The notes under the pieces were generated by a model. It made no database searches. It had not been told where the DNA came from and saw only the letters and a program-made list of their open reading frames with translations. Shown piece after piece: positions 39,637-52,439 of a DNA stretch of 64,000 nt (its first letter is position 1; each line of letters begins with the position of its first letter). Both the position numbers and the translations under genes were made by a program. Source of the DNA: Octopus sinensis (lineage: Eukaryota); contig NC_042998.1 of the NCBI RefSeq assembly GCF_006345805.1, positions 151,156,001 through 151,220,000 of the forward strand, written 5' to 3'.

Positions 39637-40271
39637 CTAGCAGTATCGCCCGGCGTTGCTCGGGTTTGTAAGGGAAATAACTATATAAGCATTTTTAGAG
39701 AGTTATAGCCAAAATAGCAAAAAAATGCATTAAAATGGAAAAAAATATGATGGTAAATTTTTTTTTAAATCGTTGACTCATCGTAGACATTTTTAGAGAG
39801 TTACTTCCCTTATATAATAGCGAAAAAATGCATTAAAATGGAAAAAAAACGATGGTAAATTTTTTTTTAAATCGTAGACTCATGTAGACGCTTTCTTAGC
39901 CATTTCTGTTTTAGTGTCTCAAGCCATGAAGTCGTTGTTCTAAAAGAACGCTGGTCTCCTTGACAACGCATTACGACGTTGATTTCCTTACACTCCCTTC
40001 CCCACAGGTGCAGGTGTGAGCGTGGACGCCAACTCCGCCGCCATCGACGCACGAAAAATTATGCATTAAAATGGAAAAAAATATGATGGTAAATTTTTTT
40101 TTAAATCGTAGACTCATCGTAGACGCGCGCTAATACTCAGACGGGCTCGATATGAATCACGACTATAAGCTACCCGAATTTGGTTAAACTGCACCGCAAA
40201 ATGTGGGAGTAGTAAGGAATCTAAATCGAAGGGGACAGACACTCACACAACTACAGTTTTATATATATAGA
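39637..40271 (-). mobile_element. Non-autonomous Helitron, family A copy 2 (635 bp) with internal tandem sub-repeats
   Basis: Same A|TC and hairpin-CTAG|T termini as 38032-38320. Three copies of aaaatgcattaaaatgg...tttaaatcgt.gactcat.gtagac. Confidence 0.8.
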
Positions 40272-40329
40272 TATACATAGCGCAGTAGTGGTGAGATGTG
40301 ACAGCAAAGAAAAGCATACATTCACTCTC

Positions 40330-40870
40330 TGCATGCAAATAGACTCGGAAAGTTCGTGAGGAACCCATTGACCCAATTTGCTGACTTTTCCGATAGCACA
40401 CAGGTGTCAATGAATGGTTGAATGACCAAATCCAAGCTTCTCTGCTAGTTCCTCAACAGTTACGATGAGATTTTGTTCCACCAGGGTTTTCAGGATGTCC
40501 TTGTCGAGTTCTACAGATCTTTCAGGATGAGGCTCGTCTTCTAGGCTGCAGATTATTGCTCGGAATTTCTGGAACCACCATTGACACTGCCTTACGCTTA
40601 TTGTCCAATCCCCATATACTGCATTAATATTTCTTGTACTTTCCGTTGCGTTGTTGTCTTTATTGAACTCATAAAGCAAAATATGCCAAATATGCTCCTT
40701 TGTTACTTCCAATATAGCTTTGAAAAAAATAGCTGTTAAAATCGAAATGCACTCTTCAAAACTTGCACTATGAATAAGGACAAGATAAAATTACTACCTG
40801 CTTTTATAGCAAGTTAATATAAGTAGTTTATCCCATTCCCCCCTGACATTTAGTTCAAGCTGTTGAAAAA
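40330..40870 (-). mobile_element. mariner transposon, 5' half
   Basis: HIWHILLYEFNK..ATESTRNINAVYG..WWFQKFR..LEDEP (HTH region) and GKVSKLGQWVPHEL at ~40340-40390. Confidence 0.9.
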
Positions 40871-41309
40871 ACCGCATTATTATATATATATACATACATA
40901 CATACATATACACACACACTCTCTCTCTCACACACATGCACACATTTATATTCTGTTATTGTTTTACGTACGTTTCAGCCTTGAGTTGTGGCCATGCTGG
41001 ATCATGTGTGTGTGTGTGTGTGTGTGTGTGTAATCTGTCTGTCTGTCTGTATGTATATATGTTATGTATGTGTGTGAACAATAATATTTTCAACAGATGT
41101 GTTGCAAATGTATCTGATTGTTCTCAAGCTTCAATACTGTGTGTGTGTGAATGTGTATGTATGTATGTATATGTATGTATGTATGTATATATGTATGTGT
41201 GTATGTATGTGTGTGTATGTATGTGTGTATGTGTGTGTATGTATGTATGTATGTATGTATGTATGTATGTATGTATGTATGTATGTATGAGTGTATGTTT
41301 ACTTTATTA

Positions 41310-41769
41310 CTAACACAAGCCACTACGGTTATTTAATGTAAAGTCTTCCTCAAATCACTCTCTCTGGCTATTTACTCTCTTCCAAGAACATTTTCACTCA
41401 CTGTTATCTGTTAGCTTCCCATACATTTTACTCATGTATCTATCAGCGTCATAGTCGTCATCGCATTCTATTGTTTACCTTCAAGTCAACACACTGAATT
41501 ACTTTCACTTTATTCGTAGCACACTGTGTGTGTGCGTTTGCGTGTGGTGTAAACCAGACTAAGAAAAGCATTTGACACACACACCAGAATGTGAGTTTTC
41601 TGTAAATTTTGCTTAATTGGAGTTTAAATTTTAAAAACTGGACCTGGCATGACGCGATGCATTGTACTCTTAAAAATGCTAGGTAAATTGTAATTGAAGA
41701 AATCCTATATTGTAGATTTCTATAACTCCCAAAGGGAGGCAGATAAAATCTGCCTTTTATAATAAGAGA
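41310..41769 (-). mobile_element. Helitron-like family B copy 2
   Basis: A|TCTCTTATTATAAAAGG start. The putative degenerate end TTAG|T at 41310 is weak. Confidence 0.55.
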
Positions 41770-41884
41770 TATATGTATGTATATATATAATATATATATG
41801 TATATATATGTATGTATATATATATATATGTATATATATATTATGTATATATATATATATATATATATGTATTATATATGTATG

Positions 41885-41962
<78 letters not shown>

Positions 41963-43350
41963 TGTATAACTATGCATGCACCATACACATACGTGCAATA
42001 CACACACCCACACACACACACATATACGAGGGAAAGAGAATGAAATCGAAAAGGTGTGTGGAAAGAATGTAATAATGGAAGAAGGTGGTGGGTGTGGTTG
42101 ATAAGAGACATAAGAAGAAATAAAATAATGACAAGTTTGGGTGGGGTGTAAAATAAAGGTGAAAGGGCGAGAAAGGTAGTATAAAAATGACAAATTTGAT
42201 TAAAAATTATGGCGTTTAGATAATGGTGGTGGCGGTAGCAGTGGTAATAGTAGTGATAGTTGTAGCACGGCGACGGCGATTGCGATGCTGGCAGTGATGG
42301 TGGTGAAAGTGGTGGTGGTAATGGTGCTGGTGACGTCGGCAGCGGCGGCGGCGGTGGAGGTAATGGTGGTGGTGGCGACAATAATGTTGTTGGTATTGGT
42401 TGTGTTGTTGTTTTTAAAGTTAGTTGTTGACTTTCTCGACTTCGTTGCTTTCTCCATTGCCTCCGTTGTCGTCGTCATCGTTGTTGCTATGATTATTAGT
42501 CTCAAAGTTTGGCACAAGGCCAGCAATTTTAAAGGAGGAGAAAAAGTCGATTAGACTGAACCCAGTGCTCAACTGGTACTTATTTTATCAACCCCAACAG
42601 GCTGAAAGACAAAGCCGACCTCGACTGAATTTGAACTCAGAACATAAAGAAGGACAAAATAATGCTAAGTATTTTGCCCAGCGTGCTAACGATTCTACCA
42701 ATTCGCCGCCTTGTGTTGCTTATGATTATTGTTGCTCAATCGTGACCTTTCTTGTAGGAATAACATACTTTAGCCTTGTTTATTAAGATGGTCAGGAGTA
42801 ATGTGAAGTTTTAGATGCTATTTCTTACAAACTAACGACGTAGTTTAGTGTAAGACTGCGACAAATATCTTTGAAGAAATGGTAAGGTTTTGGCGAAGTG
42901 AATCCAGAAACCGGTTTTTTAATCTCATTTGAAACACATTCGTTTCCATAACTAATACTTCTCTGAAAACCATGGCGAACACAATATTTCATTCCTTCAT
43001 TTTTTTATTTTCTAAATTCTCGAGCGTCTGTGCCTTGTCATAGTGAAACCAATATTTTGTGCGGGATTTTAAAGAGAAATTTGATATAGAGCAGATGGGT
43101 CAAGAGTAAGGGTTAGATTTAACGAGAGGAGCAGTGGGTGGGTGGGAGGAAGTACACAAGCTTTGAAGAGCAGTGACGATCTTCACTTCTACCCTCAGCT
43201 CATATGTCATCACAGAGAATATTATAAAATTGGTAAAGTAGATTTAAAAAAACAAACAAATTAATACTGTACGAGCGTTGAAATATCAGTAAATAGAGGA
43301 AAATACAGGAGGGAGAGAGGACGGAAAGAGAGAGAGGGAGAGAGAGAGAA

Positions 43351-43381
<31 letters not shown>

Positions 43382-43390
43382 AAGAAAGAG

Positions 43391-43439
<49 letters not shown>

Positions 43440-43448
43440 AAGAGAGAG

Positions 43449-43490
<42 letters not shown>

Positions 43491-46269
43491 AGTTCCAAAA
43501 TGAATGAGAGAATAATAAAACGGACATTGGATATTAAGAGAGTAGTTTACGAGGATTTATGCTGGAATATATATATACATACATATATATATATATGTAT
43601 GTATGTGTGAGTGTATGTGTGTGTATGTGTGTGTGTATGTGTGTGTTTGTGTGTGTGTGTGTGTGTGGTGTGTGTGTGTGTGTGTGTGTGAGGTGTGTAT
43701 GCAGAAAAAAAATATATATTCTGCATACATACCCGACACTTAATTGACGAGAAAAAAATGAATATTTGTTTGAAAAATTCAATTAGAAAATAGACAAATC
43801 ACAGAATTCTTCAGGTAGAAGACAATATAAAAACGGAACGAAATGGAAATTGAAAAATAAAAATTGCAGCGTTTTTCTGTTCCCTCAGAGATAAAGAGTT
43901 CTCCAACAAAAGGGGAAAAAATGTGCCACATATTTTAAGGAATTTAGAATTAATAAAAACAAATTCAACAAAAAGCAAAGAAGAAAATTTCGACAGAGGT
44001 CTCCGAGCATAACAAATTAAAAATGTTCTATAGAAACGCCATGATTTGTAGTAGGTCTCTTGGAATTCTAATTTTACAAAAAACGGCGATATTTCAGGAG
44101 AAGAGTTAGTGCGTGGAACAAAATATCTCGATCCGTAACTTCTGAGCTTAAATTCATCAGAAATGAACCCTAACTTTCTTTTTCCCCGTGTGATCAATAA
44201 AATAAAACACCGGCCAAACGCTAGGGTTGACTCCATTGAAATATGAGACCTTGTTCCACAGTCAGAAATTGCAGTTACAAAACTGTCTCGTGTCTAGTAA
44301 TCGAATGGAATCAATAAAATTGTTAAAATTCATATTCCCTAATACTGGAGGGTCCAGCCTGAAACCTTATGAATTTCTTCCTTACACGTAACACTTGTTT
44401 GCTTCTGTGTGTATACTACTTCGAGGTTAGGGACTTGATGACAGAAAGGCAAATATCAGCCATCTGCGCATTAATAACAAGGAATAAAATAACCATCTAT
44501 ATACCATGCATAACGCATATACATCGTTGAGAGGCACGCTACTGTGATTTTTGTATGAGAAAAAAACCTCTTCATAACATGCTAGATTAAAAAATTGCTA
44601 ACCGGAAGTTAACAACTTCAGCTACAAACCGTCCACACACCATTATGCTTAAATAACGTCGTAGTTGACGTCCACCACATTGTGCCAGTAACAAAGTCAC
44701 ACAACTACAAGGTTACAGCAAAAATGTAAAAATTGGCTCCTCTATCAAATCCACTATCTACCTTGTTACCAACAACATAACTCGATATAAGATACAACCA
44801 ACCCTCACATTCAACAATACAAAAATAATGCAGTTATATACAACACGTCTCGATGACATAGTAAAGATTTGGCCCTTTCAAAACACGGCACCTTTATAAG
44901 CTCGCCTCCTTCATACGCTTCGCCCCTTCGTTGGTTAATCCTCTTGTCAGTGGAATGTGTTGTTGTTTTGAAGGGGTTTCTTACTTCATTTACGAGAGGT
45001 TTGAGGAGAATGGAGTCGAATGTTTTTCTAGTGTCGATGATAAAAAAGTAAATAGTGCGTGTATGCTCGGCTGTTGTTTGTTTGTCCTTTGGTGCGAATT
45101 GAAATATGTATGGCCGTTTTTGTTTTTAGACGAATATTACTCATATTAAGTAGATAAGCTCGCAGGAGTATGCAAAATAGAACCTTACCATCCTTCATTT
45201 CAGTAGTAGTTTACAATGGAATGCAATAGCCTATGTATGCGATTTTAAGCCGATGAAGGTAGAGAAAGATAAGTGGTTTAAATTCGCGTGGAAAGGAGAG
45301 TGTTTTGGCAGCTGATATCAACTTTCCAAAGATTTTGTTTTTCAGGGTCTACATCGGAGATTAATGGGTCATTGATATTTCCCTTAGTTAAAATTTTGTA
45401 AGGTTTATATATGCTGTACGTACGAGAGATTAGTGTATGTTTTACATGCGTTATACGCATGTTAGGTAAGCTTCCTTATGTTATACATATATTAGGTTGC
45501 TGTAAGTTTTACAAATGTTATATGCACGTTAAATTGTTTTACATATGTTACACATTTATTACATAAGCCTACATATAGTTTCTGTTCATATTCCAAATTC
45601 TTAGAATTGGCAACGTCATTATGAATAATTAAAGATATTGTTTAGTGCAGTAATTCCATCATGGATTGGTTGTTGTTATGAGGTGTATTTTAATTGTTTT
45701 CAGTTTGGAGCTTCCTATTGATTTTTTAATTATCTGATGAGATCGATGTGTCAAGGTCATTACTTTGATGGCACTAATGTATCTTACATTTTCGTGTAGG
45801 GCCATTGTTAACAAGTCTCCATGTTTCTGATTAATTTCTGTTATAATTTGCTACTTGTTTTCTCATTTATGTTTAGTATGGTTATTGACCAGTTTTCTGA
45901 TTTTCTTTCATTTTTTTCACTCTCATGGGCTGGTACAGTCGTTAGAGTGATGGTTAGAATGTGTCGCAGTATTTGTTTCAGGTCTCTGTGTTCTGAGTTC
46001 AAATCTCGCCTAGAACAACTGTTACCTTTCATCCTTTCGGGGTCGGTAAAAAATGTACAAATACAAGGTGGTGGATTCGCGGAACGACTAAAGGAGCCGG
46101 ATGAGATACTTTGCATTATCTGTCCCTGTTCTTTGGATTCTTACACTGTCCCACGACAACGTTAGTGTCAAGCTAAAATGACACAAACCAGAAGCCTTTC
46201 ACTTAAGCAAACTTAGGTGGCGCTAAAGGGAGTCATGCATCAGCATAAACATGTATCAGTCTTTATCAA

Positions 46270-46600
46270 AATGTCTTGACCTCCTTCCAAGTATGGCTTG
46301 TTTGTTGTTGAGTTGTATTTGATACTGGTGTTTTGTAGAGGAAGTTTTTCTTGCTTTTAACGGATTTCCTCTTTATAATTGTAATTGATTCACGTTGTTT
46401 TGTAGAGTGTGTTTCATGGGAGTCTCTACATTTATTTTCTAGAGTGTATTGCATTGAATTGTCTAAGGTGATTGTGGGGTTGTTGAATATATTGTACTGG
46501 AGTTAAGATCTCAGCATTTGAGATACAATGATAAAGTGAGTTGCAATGAATACCAAATTTTCTTAGCAGGAAAGGTTTGTACTGGGATGGCCTACCAAAA
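46270..46600 (-). mobile_element. Degenerate PLE GIY-YIG fragment
   Basis: NSLYHCIS...QYIQQPHNHLRQFNAIH resembles NVIYCI.C..C..QYIGQT...LR.R...H. Confidence 0.4.
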
Positions 46601-47417
46601 ATGTTTTATTATTATAATGTATTTGAATTCTATGAACAATTAGGCGTTGAATGTTGATCCAGAAGAGTTCTGAAGCCCAATCAATTTAAATAAAACAAAT
46701 TACAATAAGAACATTGTATGTCAAGGTTAAATAGACAAACTAACTTCATATTAGAAATAAATTAATAGTCTTACAAATGGTAAGACTATAAATTTCACCA
46801 TTTTGATTATTAAACTACAATTTAATAGCCATCAGTACATAGAACAGCGAGAATCTAAACAAGGACATGCATATTCATCCTTTATACGCTTCGGTTGATT
46901 CGGACGTGAATATGCTAATCGCTGTAGTATTTCGTATTTGGACAGCAACTTTTCCTTTCAGACGAAATGTCATCATAACACACACAATTCACTGACATAA
47001 GGGCGCCTGGAGACTGTTTCAACCAGGTAGTGTATTTTCAGCTAAAGGTAGCCTCATACTAATAAATCTAAGCAAGTGTAAAGGCTCTTGTTTATAGAAT
47101 TCAGAAAGCTGACTTTTTTGCCGATGAGTTAGAAACAAGATTAGTTGAACGAATCAAATAAATCCTAATTTTTAATAGAGCCGGTAAATTCTACTATTGA
47201 AGCAAAGCGGGATGTCTCTAAAAAGGTAAAGAATATTTTATTGCATGCAGGTTCTACTTTCGCTTGAAGGTGTTTAAAGTGAAATGAGTTTAAAAGAAAA
47301 AAGTTTAAATTAATACATTTTGAACGACGAAGACAAATCTTCATTCATTAGAGTTGTGTATCAGGAGAAAACATTTCATTCGTGCATCTCAGTTGGTTAG
47401 GTAATACTGATATATAA

Positions 47418-47488
<71 letters not shown>

Positions 47489-47989
47489 AATATGTGTGTG
47501 TCTGTGTGTGGGTTGGTGTGTGTGTGCGCGCGCGTGTACATACATGCATAAACACGCGCACGCGCGCACATAACTCTGTCTTTCTCTCTCTCTTTCTCAC
47601 ATGCATGCTACAGAACCCCCCCCCCCAAAACTAGAAACAAATATCTAAGCATTATCTAAGCCTAATTAGATTACCTATGTAGAAAACCAAACAATACTAA
47701 AGTATACACACACGCATGACTCTCCCATCGAATACGACGTGCGAGCGTTCAGCAAAAAGACAGGAAAAAGTCCAACCAAATAGACAATCAACAACACACT
47801 CACACTTCTATTACTATCGTTCCTCAATGTTTACAATTCATTCCCTTCACCTCGTAGCTCTTCATGTGAATCCTCAGGCCACCAAAACCAATATAGATAC
47901 TTATTAAAACAGCACGTGATCTAACTGAGAAATCACAATGTGGACAATGATGGTTTGCAGACAGACTGTTGCTCTGTTGGTTTCTGTAC

Positions 47990-48340
47990 ATAATTTCCCG
48001 TAACTGTTGCTTTTGATGGAGTAACCTTTTAGTTTCGAAATTCTGAAGCTAAATAAAGCACTCCCTGAACCAAGCTGCATAGTTTCACGCAAGATTCTCA
48101 AGGTTTTCTTTCCTAATATTCAGGCGTTTCTGTAGAACTTATTAATTACGTCGTGAATTAATAAGCTGACCAATAACTATTTGTTTTGGAATTCGACCAC
48201 TATCCGTGTGAAGGATGCGTCCACACCATCGCATCTGAGACTTGATCAAGAAAGACACTGTACTAGATATTCTACACTTTTCCATGATAGTGCTATTCAT
48301 TACTCTATCATCCCACTCAGCCTTGTACATCTGCCTAAAA
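47990..48340 (-). mobile_element. RTE-clade LINE 3' fragment
   Basis: WDDRVMNSTIMEKCRISSTVSFLIKSQMRWCGRILHTDSGRIPKQIVIGQL matches the RTE C-terminal W.D.V.N..VL...QLRW.GH..RM...R.PK....G.L pattern. Confidence 0.8.
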
Positions 48341-48416
48341 CACCACATAGATAGCTTGATAGAGATAGATAGATGCATTGATAAGAAGATACATACATAC
48401 ATGTATACATATATGT

Positions 48417-48481
<65 letters not shown>

Positions 48482-48482
48482 T

Positions 48483-48527
<45 letters not shown>

Positions 48528-48779
48528 AAGTGTATGTGTGTGTGCGTGTATGTGTGTGTGAGTGTGTGCGTAAAATGGAATGATAAGGGAACAGGAATTA
48601 TGTAATCAACTTAATTAACTAACAGTTGTTTCTGCTACAGAATGTAGCCCACTCAGAGCTGACTGTTTGTACATCATCTCATAGTTTCCTCAGAGCTTCT
48701 AAAATAAAGTGTAAGTTTATTTGGGAAAGCATTTACGTACATGGCAACGATCACCGTCGAAAAGATATGTGTGTGTGTA

Positions 48780-50056
48780 ATGGGTTGGTCAAAATGTCCG
48801 TTCGGTTTTTGTCGACACAAAACTTTGAGCACTCTAATAAGTTGCTAACTTCAGTCAGTTCCTTGTTCGTTTTAGACAATCCGTATTTCGTCCTCCTTGT
48901 TCGTGCACACTTGTTAAATTCTTGGAATTTCAACATCGCTCAACGCGAACTTGCGTCGAGTCAGGTGATATTTTGTGTGCTTGGGACATGGAGAACTAAA
49001 ACGAAATTTATGGACAACTGATACTTTATTTTATTGAAAGGCAATAAAGCGGCGAAAACCTGGAGGAAACTATGTGTTATGTACGGAGAGGATGCTGTTG
49101 AGAAACGTGTGTACGAGAAGTTTTTTTAAGATTTCTATTGGGAAAGTTTTCCGTTCAAGATGCACCTCGTTATGGCCAGCCAACTGAGATTAACAGCGAT
49201 AAAATGAAGGTGTTAGTCAAAGCTTAGGAGTTACACGATCAGGATGCTCGCAGATATTCTCTTAATATCCAAATTGAGTGTTAAAAACCATCTGCATTAA
49301 CTTGGTTACGTGAGCAGACTCGATGTTTGGGCCCACAGCAATAAATGAGACTAATATAACCCGACAGATTTCCATCTGGGATTCGTTGCAGGAACGTAAA
49401 GAAAATTACCCTTTTTTTTTTAAGAGATTGGTGACAGGGGACGAAATACGGATTGTCTAAAACGATGGGATGCGCAAATGATCATGAGGAAAGCGCAACA
49501 AACAATCACAAACAACCTCCAAAGTAGCACTTCACCCTAAGAAGATTATGCTTCCAATTTGGTGGGATTGGATGGATGTTGTCTTTTACATGCTTCTTCC
49601 CACGAACTGTACCATCAATTTGTGATTAGCTGGACAAATTAAACGCAGTGATCCCCGAGAAGCGCCCAGAACTAATTATAAGAGCATTGTTTTTCGTCAT
49701 AACAATGTCAAACCACACACATCTCTGCAAATGTAGCAGAAGTTAATGGGCTTTTATCGGGAAGTTTTGTCGTACCCTCCATATACGACCACCTTGCACC
49801 TTCAAATTTCCACCTGTTTTGTTCTATTAAAAATTCATTGAATGGACAGACCTTCAACTCTGAAGAGGGTGTAAAACTTTGCCTTGATGAGTTTCTCGCC
49901 AGTAAAAACAGGAAATTCTTTAAGCCGAGAATAATGGGTCTGCCCATTAGATTGCAGAAGATACTGGAACGAAATGTAATTGATTGAATAAATCGCTTTG
50001 CGTTTAAAACTTGTATCTTATTTTCGCTTAAAAAACCGACTCTTTGGCCAATTCTG
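48780..50056 (+). mobile_element. Full-length but decayed mariner element (~1.28 kb)
   Basis: TA flanks (48778-48779, 50057-50058), imperfect TIRs, and remnants of VTGDE, HPKKIML.IWWD, DNARPH-like and HPPYSPDLAPSDFHLF-like motifs. Many stops. Confidence 0.88.
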
Positions 50057-50168
50057 TATAAATGTTTTTATATTTGATTTGTTTCATTCATTATACATCG
50101 GCCATATTTAGTTACCGCCTCGAAAGGTTTAGTCGATCGAATTGACCCCTGTAACCATTTTTAATGTG

Positions 50169-50225
<57 letters not shown>

Positions 50226-50789
50226 ACACACACACAAACACACATGCACAAACACATACGCACACAAGTGGATTTGTGTAATATAGTATTTAAACGTTAA
50301 GGTTTCGTTTAAAACGAAACGATAATTTCGGAAAAAAATTGTCCATTAGTTTACGTTTCTCACGTCACAGATATTGTACTCCAGCTTTAACCTACTAAAT
50401 GTCTCAGATATGGCTGCAGAAGTATCAAACAGGAGGTAAAATAATGATTTCAAATATTGGCACAAAGCCAGCAATTTTGGGGGAGCGGGAATTCGATTAC
50501 ATCGACCCCCAAGAGCTCAGCTGGTATCTTTTTTTCGGCCTCGAAAGGAAGAAAGGCAAAGTTGACTTCGGTGGAATTTGAACACAGAATGAAAACTGAA
50601 AATAAAATATTAAATAGTGGAAGACTTTTAGTAATTGCAATTATCCTGGTCCACCTTCACCACCGTGGTAACTGACTTTGACCCTTAGATATGAAATGGG
50701 ATCCATGAAAATAATTAAATGTTTAACAGAGAACAACTTTTTTTTTGAAATTATGGGTCTTTATAACGTATGGTAAAGATTCGGTACTA

Positions 50790-51350
50790 TATGGCTTTTA
50801 GTAAGGTGCATGATAGGAGAGAGAGAGAGTGTGTGTCTTGAGAAGTAATGAGAGAGGAAGAGAGAGATGAAGAGGAGAGAGATGAGGGAGAAATACAAAG
50901 AGAGAGAGAGAGAGAGAGAGGAGAAAGAGAAAGAAAGCGTGAGGGGGGATGAATGGGAGAGAGAGAGAGAGAGAAAAAAAAACTGAGAGAAAGAAACGGA
51001 GAGACAGGAAGTGACATATAAATGGGAAGGGAAATGGGAGCGAGAGAGAGAGAGAGGAGAGAGAGGCGGGAAGAGAGTAACTGGGAGAAAAAATGAAGAT
51101 TGCAGAGAGAGCAAAATATGTAGGAGGTATAGTTTGAGGGGGAGTTAGAGGAGAAGAGATAAGGATATAAGATGGTTAAGGGGACAGAGAGAGACGGAGA
51201 GGAAAGAGTATACGGACGAGGAGGAGCATAGACATAGGAAGACGTAGAATGAGAGATATAAGGAGAAAGAAAGAGAGAGAGAGAGAGAGAGAGGAAGGGA
51301 GAGAGAGAAGAAAGGGAAAGAGAAAGATGTAGAGGGAAATGCAGAGCAGA
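50790..51350. repeat. Polypurine (GA)-rich tract; similar tracts at 43300-43490 and 22750-23050
   Basis: Direct reading. Confidence 0.9.
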
Positions 51351-51507
51351 TGATCAGACAAAATGGCGATGAGAGAATATTTCCTCATAAATGAATAAAC
51401 ATAGCAAAAAAATAAATGTTGTAGGAATTATGTACTGGTGGCGGTGGTAGAAGTGGTTGTAATAGTGGGGTCGTAGTGGTGGTGCTGGTAGTGATGGTAG
51501 TTGTGTG

Positions 51508-51538
<31 letters not shown>

Positions 51539-51814
51539 GGTGATGCTGGAAGCATTTCACGTGGTAGTTTGTGATGGTGGTAGTTTAAGCGGTAGTTCTA
51601 GTATGTATAGGTGTAGGAGGTAGTGATGGCAGTGGTGATGGTGATGGTGTTCGTAGCGTTAGAAGAAGTGGAGAGGGGGAAGTGGGTGGCAGCAGGGAGA
51701 AGTGACACAACCTCGCTCCTCCCAACATCTTCCTCATCGACTCACCGAGTGTGAAACAGACAAGTCCAGAAGTTACAGATAGACCTTTGTATATACATAT
51801 ATTCATCAACATCC

Positions 51815-51848
<34 letters not shown>

Positions 51849-51899
51849 ACCCCCCCTCCATAAACATACCTATAACTCTGCACATATACATCTCCGTGT

Positions 51900-52101
51900 A
51901 TATGTATATACATTCGCCATGTTGGGCTGCTGAACTCAACACGTTTTTTCATTCTCTCTCTATTCTTTCTTATTCCTTTCTGTTGAAGAGCGTAGGCTCG
52001 AAACGTAGAAGACTTTTTCATTTTTCCCGAGCGTCAAACTTATAGACTTGCTTGTTGTTCATACACTTGTACTTGTCTTTTGTTTTTCTATAAACTTCAA
52101 C

Positions 52102-52110
<9 letters not shown>
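51900..52110 (+). mobile_element. Non-coding PLE-type 3' end or retrozyme-like short element with a minimal hammerhead motif
   Basis: Stem I CTTT/GAAG; CTGTTGA 51980-51986; extra A; GAGC-GTAG-GCTC; GAAA 52000-52003; CG-TA site. Ends in (TA)n. Confidence 0.55.
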
Positions 52111-52172
<62 letters not shown>

Positions 52173-52219
52173 CTGTCTCTGTGTATGTATGCACGCATGT
52201 CTATCTGTCTGTCTGTCTG

Positions 52220-52254
<35 letters not shown>

Positions 52255-52439
52255 ATGTATGTATGTAGTATGTATGGCTTTAATTATTTGAAATCTTCCT
52301 CTGAGGACGGAACTGGTTTCTGACAGAGATGCAAAGCTCTATCGTTGGAATGTAGATAAATAAAACAATATCACATTTCAATCATGAGAAAAGTCTGACA
52401 CATCTTTACTGTTTCACTTACAGACAAGTAAGCACATGG

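Noticed and set aside
46962-47026. Exon with a good acceptor (ttttcctttcag)
   Set aside because: All three frames contain stops and the donor is weak.
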